The notes under the pieces are model-generated. The model was not told where the DNA came from and made no database searches. It saw nothing but the letters and a program-made list of their open reading frames with translations. This document shows, piece after piece, positions 29,940-39,366 of a DNA stretch of 64,000 bases (position 1 is its first letter; each line of letters opens with the position of its first letter). The stretch lies in the NCBI GenBank assembly GCA_963845565.1, contig CAWJSJ010000002.1, forward strand, positions 2,272,001-2,336,000, given 5' to 3'. The position numbers were made by a program, and so were the translations under genes. The DNA comes from an uncultured Methylomirabilota bacterium. Its GTDB lineage: Bacteria > Methylomirabilota > Methylomirabilia > Methylomirabilales > 2-02-FULL-66-22.

Positions 29940-29995
29940 CCGGGGGGCGCCGAGCGTGGAGAGTGGCGCGTCACATTCGGAGGACGGAGCGAATC

Positions 29996-30529
29996 ATGAA
30001 AGTGATCCTGATGCAGAAAGTCGAGCGGTTGGGGGAGCCCGGGCAGCAAGTGGACGTGGCTGACGGGTATGCCCGGAATTTTCTCCTGCCGAAACAGCTT
30101 GCCGTGCTCGCCACCCCGGGGCGACTGCGGTCCCTGGCGCAACTCACGGCCCAGGCCCGCAATCTGGAGGATCGGCTGAAGCAGGAGGCGACGGCCCTGG
30201 CCGAGCGGCTGGCGGCGGTCCAGATTACGCTGACGCGCCGGGCGACGGAAGACGCCCCCGCCGAGGTCCCCGTCACGGCCCCGGCGGCCGCGACGGAAGA
30301 CGCCCCCGCCGAGGCGGCGGTCCCCGCGACCCCGGCGGCGCCGAAGCTCTTCGGCTCGGTGACCAGCCAGGATCTGAGCGATGCGCTGGCCGCGCAGGGG
30401 CTGAGCATAGAAAAGAAGAAGATCCTCCTTCCCGAGCCGATCAAGACGCTCGGCGTGCATCGGGTTCCGATCCGGTTGCACGCGGAGGTGCTGGCCGAGC
30501 TCGCCGTGACCGTGGATCGTGAGGCCTGA
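29996..30529 (+). CDS. rplI: 50S ribosomal protein L9, with an Ala/Pro-rich insertion
   Basis: 'MKVIL', 'GYARNFLLP', 'KLFGSVT', 'PIKTLG'. Confidence 0.95.
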   Translation: MKVILMQKVERLGEPGQQVDVADGYARNFLLPKQLAVLATPGRLRSLAQLTAQARNLEDRLKQEATALAERLAAVQITLTRRATEDAPAEVPVTAPAAATEDAPAEAAVPATPAAPKLFGSVTSQDLSDALAAQGLSIEKKKILLPEPIKTLGVHRVPIRLHAEVLAELAVTVDREA

Positions 30530-30555
30530 GGCGTTGCCGCCCGTCCCGTGTCCCC

Positions 30556-31920
30556 ATGTCTGAAACGGCCGTAGGATCGGACCGAATCCCTCCGCAGAAC
30601 CTCGAGGCGGAAGTCTCCGTCCTTGGGGCGGTGTTGCAGGAGACGGGGGCGCTCCTGAAGGCCATGGAGTTCCTCCGGCCGGCCGACTTTTACAAGGAGG
30701 CCCACCGGAAGATCTTCGGCGCGTGCGTCGAGCTCTTCGAAAAGAACGAACCGGTCGATCTCGTCACGCTGGCCAACGAGCTGATGCGGCGCAAGGTCCT
30801 GGACGAGGTCGGCGGCGCCAGCTACCTCGCCTCGCTGGTGGATGCGGTCCCGACCGCGGCCAACATCGGCCACCACGCCCGGATTGTCAAGGACAAGGCC
30901 TTGCTGCACGCCTTGATCCAGAAGGCGACGGCCGTCGTGGGCCGGGCCTACGCCGATACCGAGGACGTGGACGAGGTCCTGGACTGGGCCGAACAGCAGA
31001 TCTTCGAGATCTCGCAAGAGAAGATCAGCCGCTCCTTTGTGCCCGTGAAGAGTATCCTCAAGGGCACGTTCCAGCTCATCGAGACCCTCTACGAGCGGAA
31101 GAGCCACGTCACGGGCGTGCCCACCGGGTTCCGCAAGTTCGACGAGATGACGGCAGGGTTGCAGCCGTCGGACCTGATCGTCGTGGCGGGCCGCCCTTCC
31201 ATGGGCAAGACCAGCTTCTGTTTGAACATCGCCCAGCATGCGGCCGTCCAGGAACATATCCCGATCGCCATCTTCAGCTTGGAAATGTCGAAGGAGCAAC
31301 TGGTGCAGCGGATGCTGTGCTCGGTGGCCAAGGTGGACTCCCATAAGCTCCGCACCGGGTACCTCTCCGACTCGGACTGGCCGAAGCTGACCACCGGGGC
31401 CGGGATCCTGTCCGAGTCCCCCATCTTCATTGACGACACCCCGGGCATCTCCCTCTTGGAGATGCGGGCCAAGGCGCGTCGGCTCAAAGCCGAGCAAGGG
31501 CTGGGGCTGGTGGTCATCGACTACCTGCAATTGATCTCAGGCCGGGGGCGGTCGGAGAGCCGGCAGCAGGAGATCTCGGAGATCTCTCGCTCGCTGAAGG
31601 CGATGGCCAAGGAGCTGAGCGTTCCCGTCATGGCCCTCTCGCAACTCTCCCGGGCGGTGGAGTCGCGCCAACCCCCCCGACCCCAACTCTCGGATCTGCG
31701 AGAGTCGGGCGCCATCGAGCAGGACGCCGACGTGGTCACGTTTCTGTATCGCCCCGCCTTCTATCGCGTCCGCAAGGACGACGAACCGGAGGAGCCCGAG
31801 GACAACACCACGGAGGTGATCATCGGCAAACAGCGCAACGGCCCCACGGGGACCGTCAGCCTCGCCTTCTTGCGCGAGTATACCCGGTTCGAAGAACAAG
31901 AACGGCAGCGGGACTTCTGA
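30556..31920 (+). CDS. dnaB: Replicative DNA helicase
   Basis: 'PPQNLEAE', 'GRPSMGKT', 'DYLQL', 'SDLRESGAIEQDAD', 'KQRNGP'; no intein. Confidence 0.97.
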   Translation: MSETAVGSDRIPPQNLEAEVSVLGAVLQETGALLKAMEFLRPADFYKEAHRKIFGACVELFEKNEPVDLVTLANELMRRKVLDEVGGASYLASLVDAVPTAANIGHHARIVKDKALLHALIQKATAVVGRAYADTEDVDEVLDWAEQQIFEISQEKISRSFVPVKSILKGTFQLIETLYERKSHVTGVPTGFRKFDEMTAGLQPSDLIVVAGRPSMGKTSFCLNIAQHAAVQEHIPIAIFSLEMSKEQLVQRMLCSVAKVDSHKLRTGYLSDSDWPKLTTGAGILSESPIFIDDTPGISLLEMRAKARRLKAEQGLGLVVIDYLQLISGRGRSESRQQEISEISRSLKAMAKELSVPVMALSQLSRAVESRQPPRPQLSDLRESGAIEQDADVVTFLYRPAFYRVRKDDEPEEPEDNTTEVIIGKQRNGPTGTVSLAFLREYTRFEEQERQRDF

Positions 31921-33515
31921 TGTGCCCCCGGGGTCGCGTGCGCGCCGAACGGACGAGTCGGTCGTGGCGAGAGGGCACGGGGCGCCTGGCGGCGGTTGCG
32001 GCGTGTTGCCTGGCGGTCCTGTTGAGCATCGCGCCCGCAGGCGCGGCGGAGGACGGTCCCTCCGCGACCTTGAATCTCTGGCCGGTATTCGACGACCGTG
32101 TGGACCCCCTGGAGAAGGCCCGGGTCCGCTCGGGCGTGGGGCCCTTGGTGCATTCCAGTCGCTCCCTGGACGGCGACGTGACGGAGTTCGCCCTCCGCCC
32201 GCTCTTCTTCCGACGCGAAGAACTGGGGGCGCAGCGCCTAGAGTGGGAGTTTCTCTACCCCCTGATGACCTATCGGCGCAGCGGGAACGACTGGGACTTC
32301 CAGTTCCTGCGGCTGCTGACCGCGCGCGGGGAAGGCAGTCCGCAGGCAGGGCGCGAGGAGCGCGCCGACTTCTTTCCGTTCTACTTCAGCGGCGTTCGCG
32401 ACAATGGCGAGTCGTACCTCGGGGTCATGCCGTTCTGGGGGCACGTCTACGATCGGTTCTTCTGGGAGGAGTTCGAGTGGGTCATGTTTCCCCTCTACGC
32501 CCGGAGCGTCCGGCTGGGGACCGAGACCCACTACTTCCCCTGGCCGCTGATCTCCATCACCCGGGGTCTGAATCCCGAGGGGAACCATCGCGGATTTCGG
32601 TTCGTGCCGCTGTACGGGCAGGAGGTGAAGGACGGGGTATTCGAGAAGTATTTCGCGCTCTGGCCGCTCTTTCTGTATCAACGGACCGGTCTGGACGGGG
32701 ACGAACCGGAGACGGTCATGACCGTCTTGCCGTTCTACGCCGCGCGACGGTCCGTGAAGTGGGACCAGACGACGGTGCTCTGGCCGCTCTTCATCTACAC
32801 GGATGATCGCGAGCGGGGATTCGAGCAGTGGGATGTGGCGTGGCCCGTCGTCAAGGTGGCCCGCGGAGAGAATCGCCAGGCGCTGTATATCTTCCCGTTG
32901 TACATGCAGGACCGCAAGGTCCTCCACGACGAGTTCCTGTTTCGGGAGATCATCTACGACGACCTTGCCGTCCTGTATCCGGTGTTCATCCGGCAGACGG
33001 AGGAATTCATCGGGAGCCGCAAGGTGCGCACCCGGATCCTGTTTCACCTGTACTCCGACGCGCGAGAGGAGGGGCGGGACGGCTCGACCCGCCGGGTCGA
33101 CGCCTGGCCGTTCGCCCGCTACCAGCGGGATCGAGAGGGGAACGTGCTGTTCCAGAGCCTGGCGCTGCTGGAGGCGTTCATGCCGGCCAACGAATGGATC
33201 GAGCGCAATTACTCTCCGCTCTGGTCGGTGTACACCTACCGGGCGAACCCCGCCGGTGAGACGGTCCACTCGTTTCTCTGGAATTTTGTGCGCCACGAGG
33301 AGACGGAGACCGGCCGCTCGATCGAGGTGCTGGGCCCGCTCTTCGCCTACCGCGAGACCAGCGAGGGGGCGCGAACGACGTTCCTGGGCGGGCTCGTCCA
33401 CTATGAGGTGCAACCCGGCGCGCGCTCGGTGCGCCTGGCGACCGGGTTCGAGATGACCTGGACCGATCCACTCCAGGCGGTGGCGGTCCTCGACCTGGCA
33501 GGAGGGAACCGGTGA
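31920..33515 (+). CDS. Exported hypothetical protein with repeated aromatic (L/W)xP(L/F)(F/Y) beta motifs
   Basis: Signal-peptide-like N-terminus, many WP/FP/YP motifs, overlaps both dnaB and mlaE. Confidence 0.75.
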   Translation: MCPRGRVRAERTSRSWREGTGRLAAVAACCLAVLLSIAPAGAAEDGPSATLNLWPVFDDRVDPLEKARVRSGVGPLVHSSRSLDGDVTEFALRPLFFRREELGAQRLEWEFLYPLMTYRRSGNDWDFQFLRLLTARGEGSPQAGREERADFFPFYFSGVRDNGESYLGVMPFWGHVYDRFFWEEFEWVMFPLYARSVRLGTETHYFPWPLISITRGLNPEGNHRGFRFVPLYGQEVKDGVFEKYFALWPLFLYQRTGLDGDEPETVMTVLPFYAARRSVKWDQTTVLWPLFIYTDDRERGFEQWDVAWPVVKVARGENRQALYIFPLYMQDRKVLHDEFLFREIIYDDLAVLYPVFIRQTEEFIGSRKVRTRILFHLYSDAREEGRDGSTRRVDAWPFARYQRDREGNVLFQSLALLEAFMPANEWIERNYSPLWSVYTYRANPAGETVHSFLWNFVRHEETETGRSIEVLGPLFAYRETSEGARTTFLGGLVHYEVQPGARSVRLATGFEMTWTDPLQAVAVLDLAGGNR

Positions 33516-34276
33516 CAGCCTTGCGCGAACGCTTCCAGCGCATGCTGCAGGCGCTCGGCGAAGGAGGGGTCCTGTTGGTCCAGGCGCTCTACTGGTCCAA
33601 GGCGGCCCCCCGGAATGCCGACAAGATCCTGAGCCACTTGCTGGAATTCGGCAACGCCACGCTTCCCATCGCCTCCCTCATGGCCGTTTTCATCGGGGGC
33701 GTGCTGGCCCTGCAGACCGGGTCGCGGCTGGCCCAGTTCGGCCTGGAGGGGAACATCGGCGGGATCGTGGGGCTGAGCATGGTGAAGGAGTTGGGCCCGG
33801 TCATGACGGCCCTCCTGGTGGCGGGTCGGGTGGGATCCGCCATCGCGGCCGAGGTGGGCGCCATGAACGTGTATGAGGAGATCGACGCGCTCAAGACGCT
33901 GAACATCAACCCGGTGCGCTACCTGGTGATGCCGCGGTTGGTCGCCGCACTCATTGCGGTGCCGGCGCTGTGCATGTATGTGAACGTGATCGGCCTGGTG
34001 GGCGGGGCCATCGTGGCGGCCGTCAATCCCAAGATCGACGTCAGCATCCGGCTCTTTCGGCTGAATTTCCAGGAGATCGTCAAGTTTTCGGACGTGATGG
34101 ACAGCCTGCTCAAGGCCGTGGTCTTCGGCGTGGTGGTGTGCATCACGTGCTGTTTCGTGGGTCTGCGAACCACCGGCGGGCCCGAGGAGATCGGCCGGGC
34201 GGTGACCCGGGCGGTCGTCCTCTCCTTCATGTTCATCTTCGTCCTGAACTACCTCATCACCCGCATGATGATGTGA
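33512..34276 (+). CDS. mlaE: MlaE-type ABC permease
   Basis: 'KELGPVMTALLVAGRVGSAIAAEVGAM...EEIDAL'. Confidence 0.93.
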   Translation: MTALRERFQRMLQALGEGGVLLVQALYWSKAAPRNADKILSHLLEFGNATLPIASLMAVFIGGVLALQTGSRLAQFGLEGNIGGIVGLSMVKELGPVMTALLVAGRVGSAIAAEVGAMNVYEEIDALKTLNINPVRYLVMPRLVAALIAVPALCMYVNVIGLVGGAIVAAVNPKIDVSIRLFRLNFQEIVKFSDVMDSLLKAVVFGVVVCITCCFVGLRTTGGPEEIGRAVTRAVVLSFMFIFVLNYLITRMMM

Positions 34277-34281
34277 CGGCC

Positions 34282-35094
34282 ATGAGCGCTTGGTTTCGAT
34301 TCCTGGGCACGAGCGACGATCCGGATGGCCGCGAGGCGCTGACCGCGACGCGGGCGGTGCCCGGTGTCCGGGTGGAGGTGCAGGGCCTGAATAAATTCTT
34401 CGGGCCGAAGCGCGTCCTCCGCGATCTGACCCTCACCGTCGAGCCGGGGGAGACCTTTGTGATCTTCGGACCCTCGGGGTGTGGGAAATCGGTTCTCCTG
34501 AAGCACATCACCGGCTTGCTCGTCCCCGACTCGGGTCGCATTCTGGTGGACGGCGAGGAACTCCAAGCGGGCGGCGGGACCCAGGGGTTCCGCATGGCCA
34601 TGGTGTTTCAATCGGCGGCCCTCTTCAACTCGCTGTCGGTGGGAGAGAACGTCGGGCTCTGGCTGAAGGAGCACCGGGTGTGCGGGGCGGCCGAGATCGC
34701 GCGGATCGTGGCGGAGAAGTTGGCGCTGGTGGGCCTGGCCGGCACGGAGCGGGCCAGGCCGGCGGAGCTGTCCGGCGGCATGAAGAAGCGGGTGTCCATT
34801 GCCCGCGCCCTGGCGGTCAACCCGCACCTCATCCTGTACGACGAGCCGACGGCCGGCCTCGATCCGGTCCTGACCGAGCAGATCGGCACCGTCATCTCCG
34901 ACCTGAAGCGGCTCCGGATTACGGCCATCGTGGTGACGCACGACCTGAACTTGGCGGCAGCCGTGGCCGATCGCATGGGGATGATCCACGAGGGGCGGGT
35001 GATCGAAGTCGGTACGCCGGCCCAGATCTGGGCGACTTCGAATCCGGTCGTGCGGGCATTCCTCAGCACGCAGATGAAGGTCCCGGGCCGCTAG
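34282..35094 (+). CDS. mlaF: MlaF-type ABC ATPase
   Basis: 'GPSGCGKS', 'LSGGMKKRV', 'YDEPTAGLDP'. Confidence 0.93.
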   Translation: MSAWFRFLGTSDDPDGREALTATRAVPGVRVEVQGLNKFFGPKRVLRDLTLTVEPGETFVIFGPSGCGKSVLLKHITGLLVPDSGRILVDGEELQAGGGTQGFRMAMVFQSAALFNSLSVGENVGLWLKEHRVCGAAEIARIVAEKLALVGLAGTERARPAELSGGMKKRVSIARALAVNPHLILYDEPTAGLDPVLTEQIGTVISDLKRLRITAIVVTHDLNLAAAVADRMGMIHEGRVIEVGTPAQIWATSNPVVRAFLSTQMKVPGR

Positions 35095-35117
35095 GGCCCC
35101 GGAAGGAGGTTATACCG

Positions 35118-36263
35118 ATGGCGGCGTCGCGAGAAGTGCGGGTCGGGTTGTTCCTGGTGGTCGCCTTCCTGATCCTGATCGCGCTCTTCGAGGTGCTCGG
35201 GAAGGACACGATCTTCGCCCGGATGGTGGAGTACAAGACCTCGTTCAAGTCCATCCCCAGCTTGAAGCTCGGCGATCCCGTGCGTCTGGCGGGCGTGGAC
35301 GTGGGAAGCGTGCGGGACATCCGGGTCATCGGCGCGCGGGTGGAGGTCACCGTGCGGGTCAAGCCCGGGACGCCGGTCAAGACCGACTCCATCGCGACGA
35401 TCAAGTTGACCAGCCTGTTGGGGACCAACTTCGTGGACCTGACATTCGGTTCGCCGGTGGCGCAGTTGGCGCCGCCAGGCAGCGTCCTGCAAAGCGCCGA
35501 GCCGCCGGATCTGAATACCATGCTGGCCCGGCTGAACGACGCCGCCGGGGACGTCCAGATACTCGCCAAGCAGCTGAACGAGGGCCTGGGAAAGAGCTTC
35601 GAGCCGATCACGAGCGCCTTCCAGAGCATGGAAAAGATCGCCAAACAGATCGAGAAGGGGCAGGGGACGCTCGGCAAGCTGATCGCCAACGACGACCTCT
35701 ACCGGGAGATCCAGGGGATCGCCACCAACATGAACAAGCTCAGTCAGCAACTCGCGCGCGGCGAGGGCACGCTGGGAAAATTGGTGAACGATGACGCCCT
35801 GTACAAGGACCTGCGGTCGCTCACGGCGGACCTGAAGGTCGCCTCCCAAGGGCTGGCGCGCATGTCCAAGGATATCGAGGCCGGCAAGGGAACCCTCGGC
35901 AAGCTGGTAAAGGATGATGCCCTCTACGAGGAGGCCAAGACCACGCTCACCCAAGCTCGCGAGGCGCTGGGAGGCATCCAGCTCATGTCGAAGCGGATCA
36001 CCGAGGGGAAGGGTACGCTGGGGCGCCTGCTCAACGACGACTCCCTCTTCACGGATATGAAGGGAGCCGCGGCCAGCCTGAACGGCATCATGAAGAAGGT
36101 GGAGCGCGGCGAAGGGACGCTGGGGAAGCTGCTCAACGACGACTCCCTCTACTTCACGACCAAGGACAGTCTGAAGAAGGTGGGGAAGGCTGCCGACCAG
36201 CTCCGCGAGCAGGGGCCGATCAGCATTATCGGGCTCGGCATCCAAGCGCTGGGTGCCTTCTGA
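35118..36263 (+). CDS. mlaD: MCE/MlaD protein with long helical repeat tail
   Basis: N-terminal TM, 'GDPVRLAGVDVGSV', 'LLGTNFVDL', five GxGTLGKLxxDDxLY repeats. Confidence 0.9.
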   Translation: MAASREVRVGLFLVVAFLILIALFEVLGKDTIFARMVEYKTSFKSIPSLKLGDPVRLAGVDVGSVRDIRVIGARVEVTVRVKPGTPVKTDSIATIKLTSLLGTNFVDLTFGSPVAQLAPPGSVLQSAEPPDLNTMLARLNDAAGDVQILAKQLNEGLGKSFEPITSAFQSMEKIAKQIEKGQGTLGKLIANDDLYREIQGIATNMNKLSQQLARGEGTLGKLVNDDALYKDLRSLTADLKVASQGLARMSKDIEAGKGTLGKLVKDDALYEEAKTTLTQAREALGGIQLMSKRITEGKGTLGRLLNDDSLFTDMKGAAASLNGIMKKVERGEGTLGKLLNDDSLYFTTKDSLKKVGKAADQLREQGPISIIGLGIQALGAF

Positions 36264-36274
36264 CGGGTACGCGC

Positions 36275-37669
36275 ATGGGTGCGAGGCGCAGCCATTTCGA
36301 GTGCCAGCAGTGCGGCTACCAGGCGCCCCGTTGGCTGGGGCGCTGTCCGGATTGCGGGGCGTGGGCAAGCCTGACCGAGACCGCGGCCCCGGAGGTCGGT
36401 CCGGGACGAGGGCGTGAGCGGCCGGTGCCCGGCGCGGCCCCGCCCGTGCTCCTGTCGGACGTCCCCGGGTACGCCCATCGGCGGGCGCCGACGGGAATCG
36501 GCGAGTTCGACCGGGTCTTGGGCGGGGGGCTGGTGCCGGGCGGCGTGGTGCTGGTCGGCGGGGATCCGGGCGTCGGGAAATCCACCCTGCTGCTCCAAGC
36601 GGCGGGCGCGTTGGCCCGCCGCGAATTCGCGGTGCTGTACGTGTCGGGGGAGGAGTCCCTGGCACAGGTGAGCGAGCGCGGCCGCCGGCTGGGAGCAGAC
36701 GCTCCGGGCCTCTACCTCGCCGCGGAGACCTCCCTGGAGGCGGTGCTGGAGCAGATCGCGGGGCTGAAACCCGCGGTGGTCATCGTGGACTCCATCCAGA
36801 CCGTCTGGAGTCGTGGCCTCGAATCCGCTGCCGGCAGTCTCAGCCAGGTGCGCGAGGTGGCGGGCCGTCTCACCGAGGTGGCCAAGCGCGAGGAGATCAG
36901 CGTCTGGCTGATCGGCCATGTGACCAAGGAGGGAAGCCTGGCGGGTCCTCGGGCTCTGGAGCACCTGGTGGACACGGTGATCTATTTCGAGGGGGACCGT
37001 CAACACAGTCACCGGATCCTGCGGGCAACCAAAAACCGGTTCGGCCCGACCGACGAGATCGGAGTCTTCGAGATGCGGGCGGATGGACTCGCCCCGGTGG
37101 ATAACCCGTCGGCGCTCTTTCTGGCGGAGCGGCCGCCGCAGGCCACCGGGTGTATCGTGGTGGCCACGCTGGAGGGGACGCGCCCCATTCTGCTGGAACT
37201 CCAGGCGCTGGTCACCCCTACGGGAGCCGCCGTCCCGCGCCGGGTGGCCAACGGGCTGGATACCCAGCGTGTCGCGATGCTCCTGGCCGTGCTGGAGAAG
37301 CGACTCGGTGTCCGGCTCGGAGACGCGGATGTCTTTTTGAACGTGGTCGGCGGGCTGGAAGTCCGGGAGCCGGCGGCGGATCTGGGGGTGATGGCAGCCG
37401 TGCTCTCCAGCGTTCGGAACGCGCCGGTCGAACCGACCTGGGCGTTCTTCGGTGAGGTCGGGCTGGGTGGCGAGGTGCGCGGCGTGCCGCAGGCGGAGAA
37501 GCGTCTGCTGGAACTCGCCCGTTTGGGGTTCACCCGGGCGATCCTCCCGCGCGCCTCGGTGGAGACCCTGGTCGGCAGTCCCACGCTGGAGACCACCGGT
37601 GTGAGCCACGTGGGCGCCCTGGAGGATCTCTTCCCCGCCAGGCGCGCGGCGGGGCGAAATCCGGTTTGA
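36275..37669 (+). CDS. radA: DNA repair protein RadA/Sms
   Basis: C4 zinc finger, 'GDPGVGKSTLLLQ', 'KNRFG', Lon-like C-terminus. Confidence 0.97.
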   Translation: MGARRSHFECQQCGYQAPRWLGRCPDCGAWASLTETAAPEVGPGRGRERPVPGAAPPVLLSDVPGYAHRRAPTGIGEFDRVLGGGLVPGGVVLVGGDPGVGKSTLLLQAAGALARREFAVLYVSGEESLAQVSERGRRLGADAPGLYLAAETSLEAVLEQIAGLKPAVVIVDSIQTVWSRGLESAAGSLSQVREVAGRLTEVAKREEISVWLIGHVTKEGSLAGPRALEHLVDTVIYFEGDRQHSHRILRATKNRFGPTDEIGVFEMRADGLAPVDNPSALFLAERPPQATGCIVVATLEGTRPILLELQALVTPTGAAVPRRVANGLDTQRVAMLLAVLEKRLGVRLGDADVFLNVVGGLEVREPAADLGVMAAVLSSVRNAPVEPTWAFFGEVGLGGEVRGVPQAEKRLLELARLGFTRAILPRASVETLVGSPTLETTGVSHVGALEDLFPARRAAGRNPV

Positions 37670-37694
37670 CTGCAGGCGTGGAGTATGGTTTAAT
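37666..37694 (+). promoter_or_regulatory. Putative sigma70 promoter for carD
   Basis: TTGACT-N17-TTTAAT. Confidence 0.5.
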
Positions 37695-37729
37695 TCACCG
37701 AAAACTTCCGTCCAGAAAAGGGGACAGCA

Positions 37730-38212
37730 ATGTTCCAGGTTGGCCAGAAGGTCGTGTATCCGACGCACGGCGTGGGGCGGATCGAGGCCATCGAGCAGAA
37801 GGAGGTTTCCGGGAGTCGGCAGTCCTATTACATCTTGCGTATCCTGGGCAACGACATGCGCATCATGGTGCCCACGGGAAACGCCGAGCGTGTCGGCCTG
37901 CGCCAGTTGATCGGTCCCAAGGAAGTCCGCAAGGTGATGGAGATCCTCCGGAAGAAAGACATGGAGATCTGCCCCAACTGGAACCGGCGATTCAAGGACA
38001 ACCTGGAACGGATCAAGACCGGGTCGCTCTACGAGGTGGCCACGGTTCTCCGCAAGCTGGTGCTGCTGCAGAAAGAGCGCAACCTGTCGTTCGGCGAAAA
38101 GAAGATGCTGGAGACCGTCCGCCAGCTCCTCGTGAGCGAGATCTCCCACGCGGTCGGGATGAAAGAGGGGGATGCGCGCTCCATGGTCGATCGAACTATC
38201 GCCAAGGCCTGA
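37730..38212 (+). CDS. carD: CarD/CdnL-family RNA polymerase-binding regulator
   Basis: 'FQVGQKVVYPTHGVG', 'WNRR' (conserved Trp), 'EKKML'. Confidence 0.93.
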   Translation: MFQVGQKVVYPTHGVGRIEAIEQKEVSGSRQSYYILRILGNDMRIMVPTGNAERVGLRQLIGPKEVRKVMEILRKKDMEICPNWNRRFKDNLERIKTGSLYEVATVLRKLVLLQKERNLSFGEKKMLETVRQLLVSEISHAVGMKEGDARSMVDRTIAKA

Positions 38213-38243
38213 GACCTCCTGACTTAGGAGGAGGGGACTCCGC

Positions 38244-39257
38244 GTGTCGGAATCGGTGCTGCGCATCCTGGTCGTGGCCTTGTGCGGTGCGGCTGGTCTG
38301 CTGGGCGTGACGTTACGCCACTCCGGGGAGTGGTGGGCGATCTTGGGGGGCGTGGCCGGTCTGGCCTTCGGGTTGATCCTGGTGCTGGTGGAGCGGCAGC
38401 TCCGCCGCGCTCCGGGCCGGGTCATCCTCCACGTGCTGGCGGGGTTGATCGTCGGTCTGCTGGTCGGGGGGCTGCTGTCCGTCCCCATCGCCAACCTGTT
38501 CATCGGCCTCCCGCCCGAGATCGGCCTCTTGGTCCAGACCCTCTGCCTGCTGGGCGGTGGATACCTCGGTGTCCTGGTTGCCCTGGACAAAGGGGACGAG
38601 TTCAGTGTCGCGGGATTCATCCGACTCCTCAAGGAACAGCCCCGCGCCGAAAGCTACAAGCTCCTCGACACCTCGGTGATCATCGACGGCCGGATTGCGG
38701 ATATCACGGAGGCCGGGTTTCTGGAGGGGACGTTGGTGATCCCTCAGTTCATCCTGCGGGAGCTGCAGCACATCGCCGACTCCTCCGATCCGCTCAAACG
38801 GAACCGGGGCCGGCGCGGTCTGGACATCCTGCAGAAGATCCAGAAGAAGGTGGACATCCGGGTCGAGATCAGCGACATGGAGTTCCCCGAGGTCCGGGAG
38901 GTGGACAACAAGCTGGTCGCGATGGCCAAGGTGCTCCATGCCAAGATCGTGACCAACGATTTCAACCTCAACAAGGTCGCGGAACTGCACGGAGTCGGGG
39001 TCCTGAACATCAACGAACTGACCAACGCCCTGCGCCCGGTGGTCCTGCCGGGCGAAGACATGCGCGTCTACGTCCTGAAAGAGGGCAAGGAATACAACCA
39101 GGGGATCGCGTACCTGGATGACGGGACGATGGTGGTGGTGGACAACGGGCGACGGCACATCGGCCAGACCATCGACGTGTGCGTGACCTCGGTCTTGCAG
39201 ACCACCGCCGGGCGGATGATCTTCTCACGCCTCAAGGAAGAGGCGGAGGCAGCCTAA
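38244..39257 (+). CDS. PIN/TRAM-domain membrane protein (YacL)
   Basis: TM helices, 'LDTSVIIDGRI', 'VTNDFNLNKVA', 'GIAYLDDGTMVVV'. Confidence 0.93.
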   Translation: MSESVLRILVVALCGAAGLLGVTLRHSGEWWAILGGVAGLAFGLILVLVERQLRRAPGRVILHVLAGLIVGLLVGGLLSVPIANLFIGLPPEIGLLVQTLCLLGGGYLGVLVALDKGDEFSVAGFIRLLKEQPRAESYKLLDTSVIIDGRIADITEAGFLEGTLVIPQFILRELQHIADSSDPLKRNRGRRGLDILQKIQKKVDIRVEISDMEFPEVREVDNKLVAMAKVLHAKIVTNDFNLNKVAELHGVGVLNINELTNALRPVVLPGEDMRVYVLKEGKEYNQGIAYLDDGTMVVVDNGRRHIGQTIDVCVTSVLQTTAGRMIFSRLKEEAEAA

Positions 39258-39265
39258 CCTCGGCG

Positions 39266-39349
39266 ATTCCCAATTCCCAATTGCCAATGTCCACACCGGG
39301 GGTGGCGGTAGCCACCCGGCTTGGGATTTGGTCATTGGGAATTGGGAAT
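39266..39349. repeat. Nested inverted repeat with 7-nt ATTCCCA units
   Basis: ATTCCCAATTCCCAATTGCCAAT ... ATTTGGTCATTGGGAATTGGGAAT around an inner GGGTGGC/GCCACCC hairpin. Confidence 0.75.
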
Positions 39350-39366
39350 TTCCTTTTGAGGGTGAG

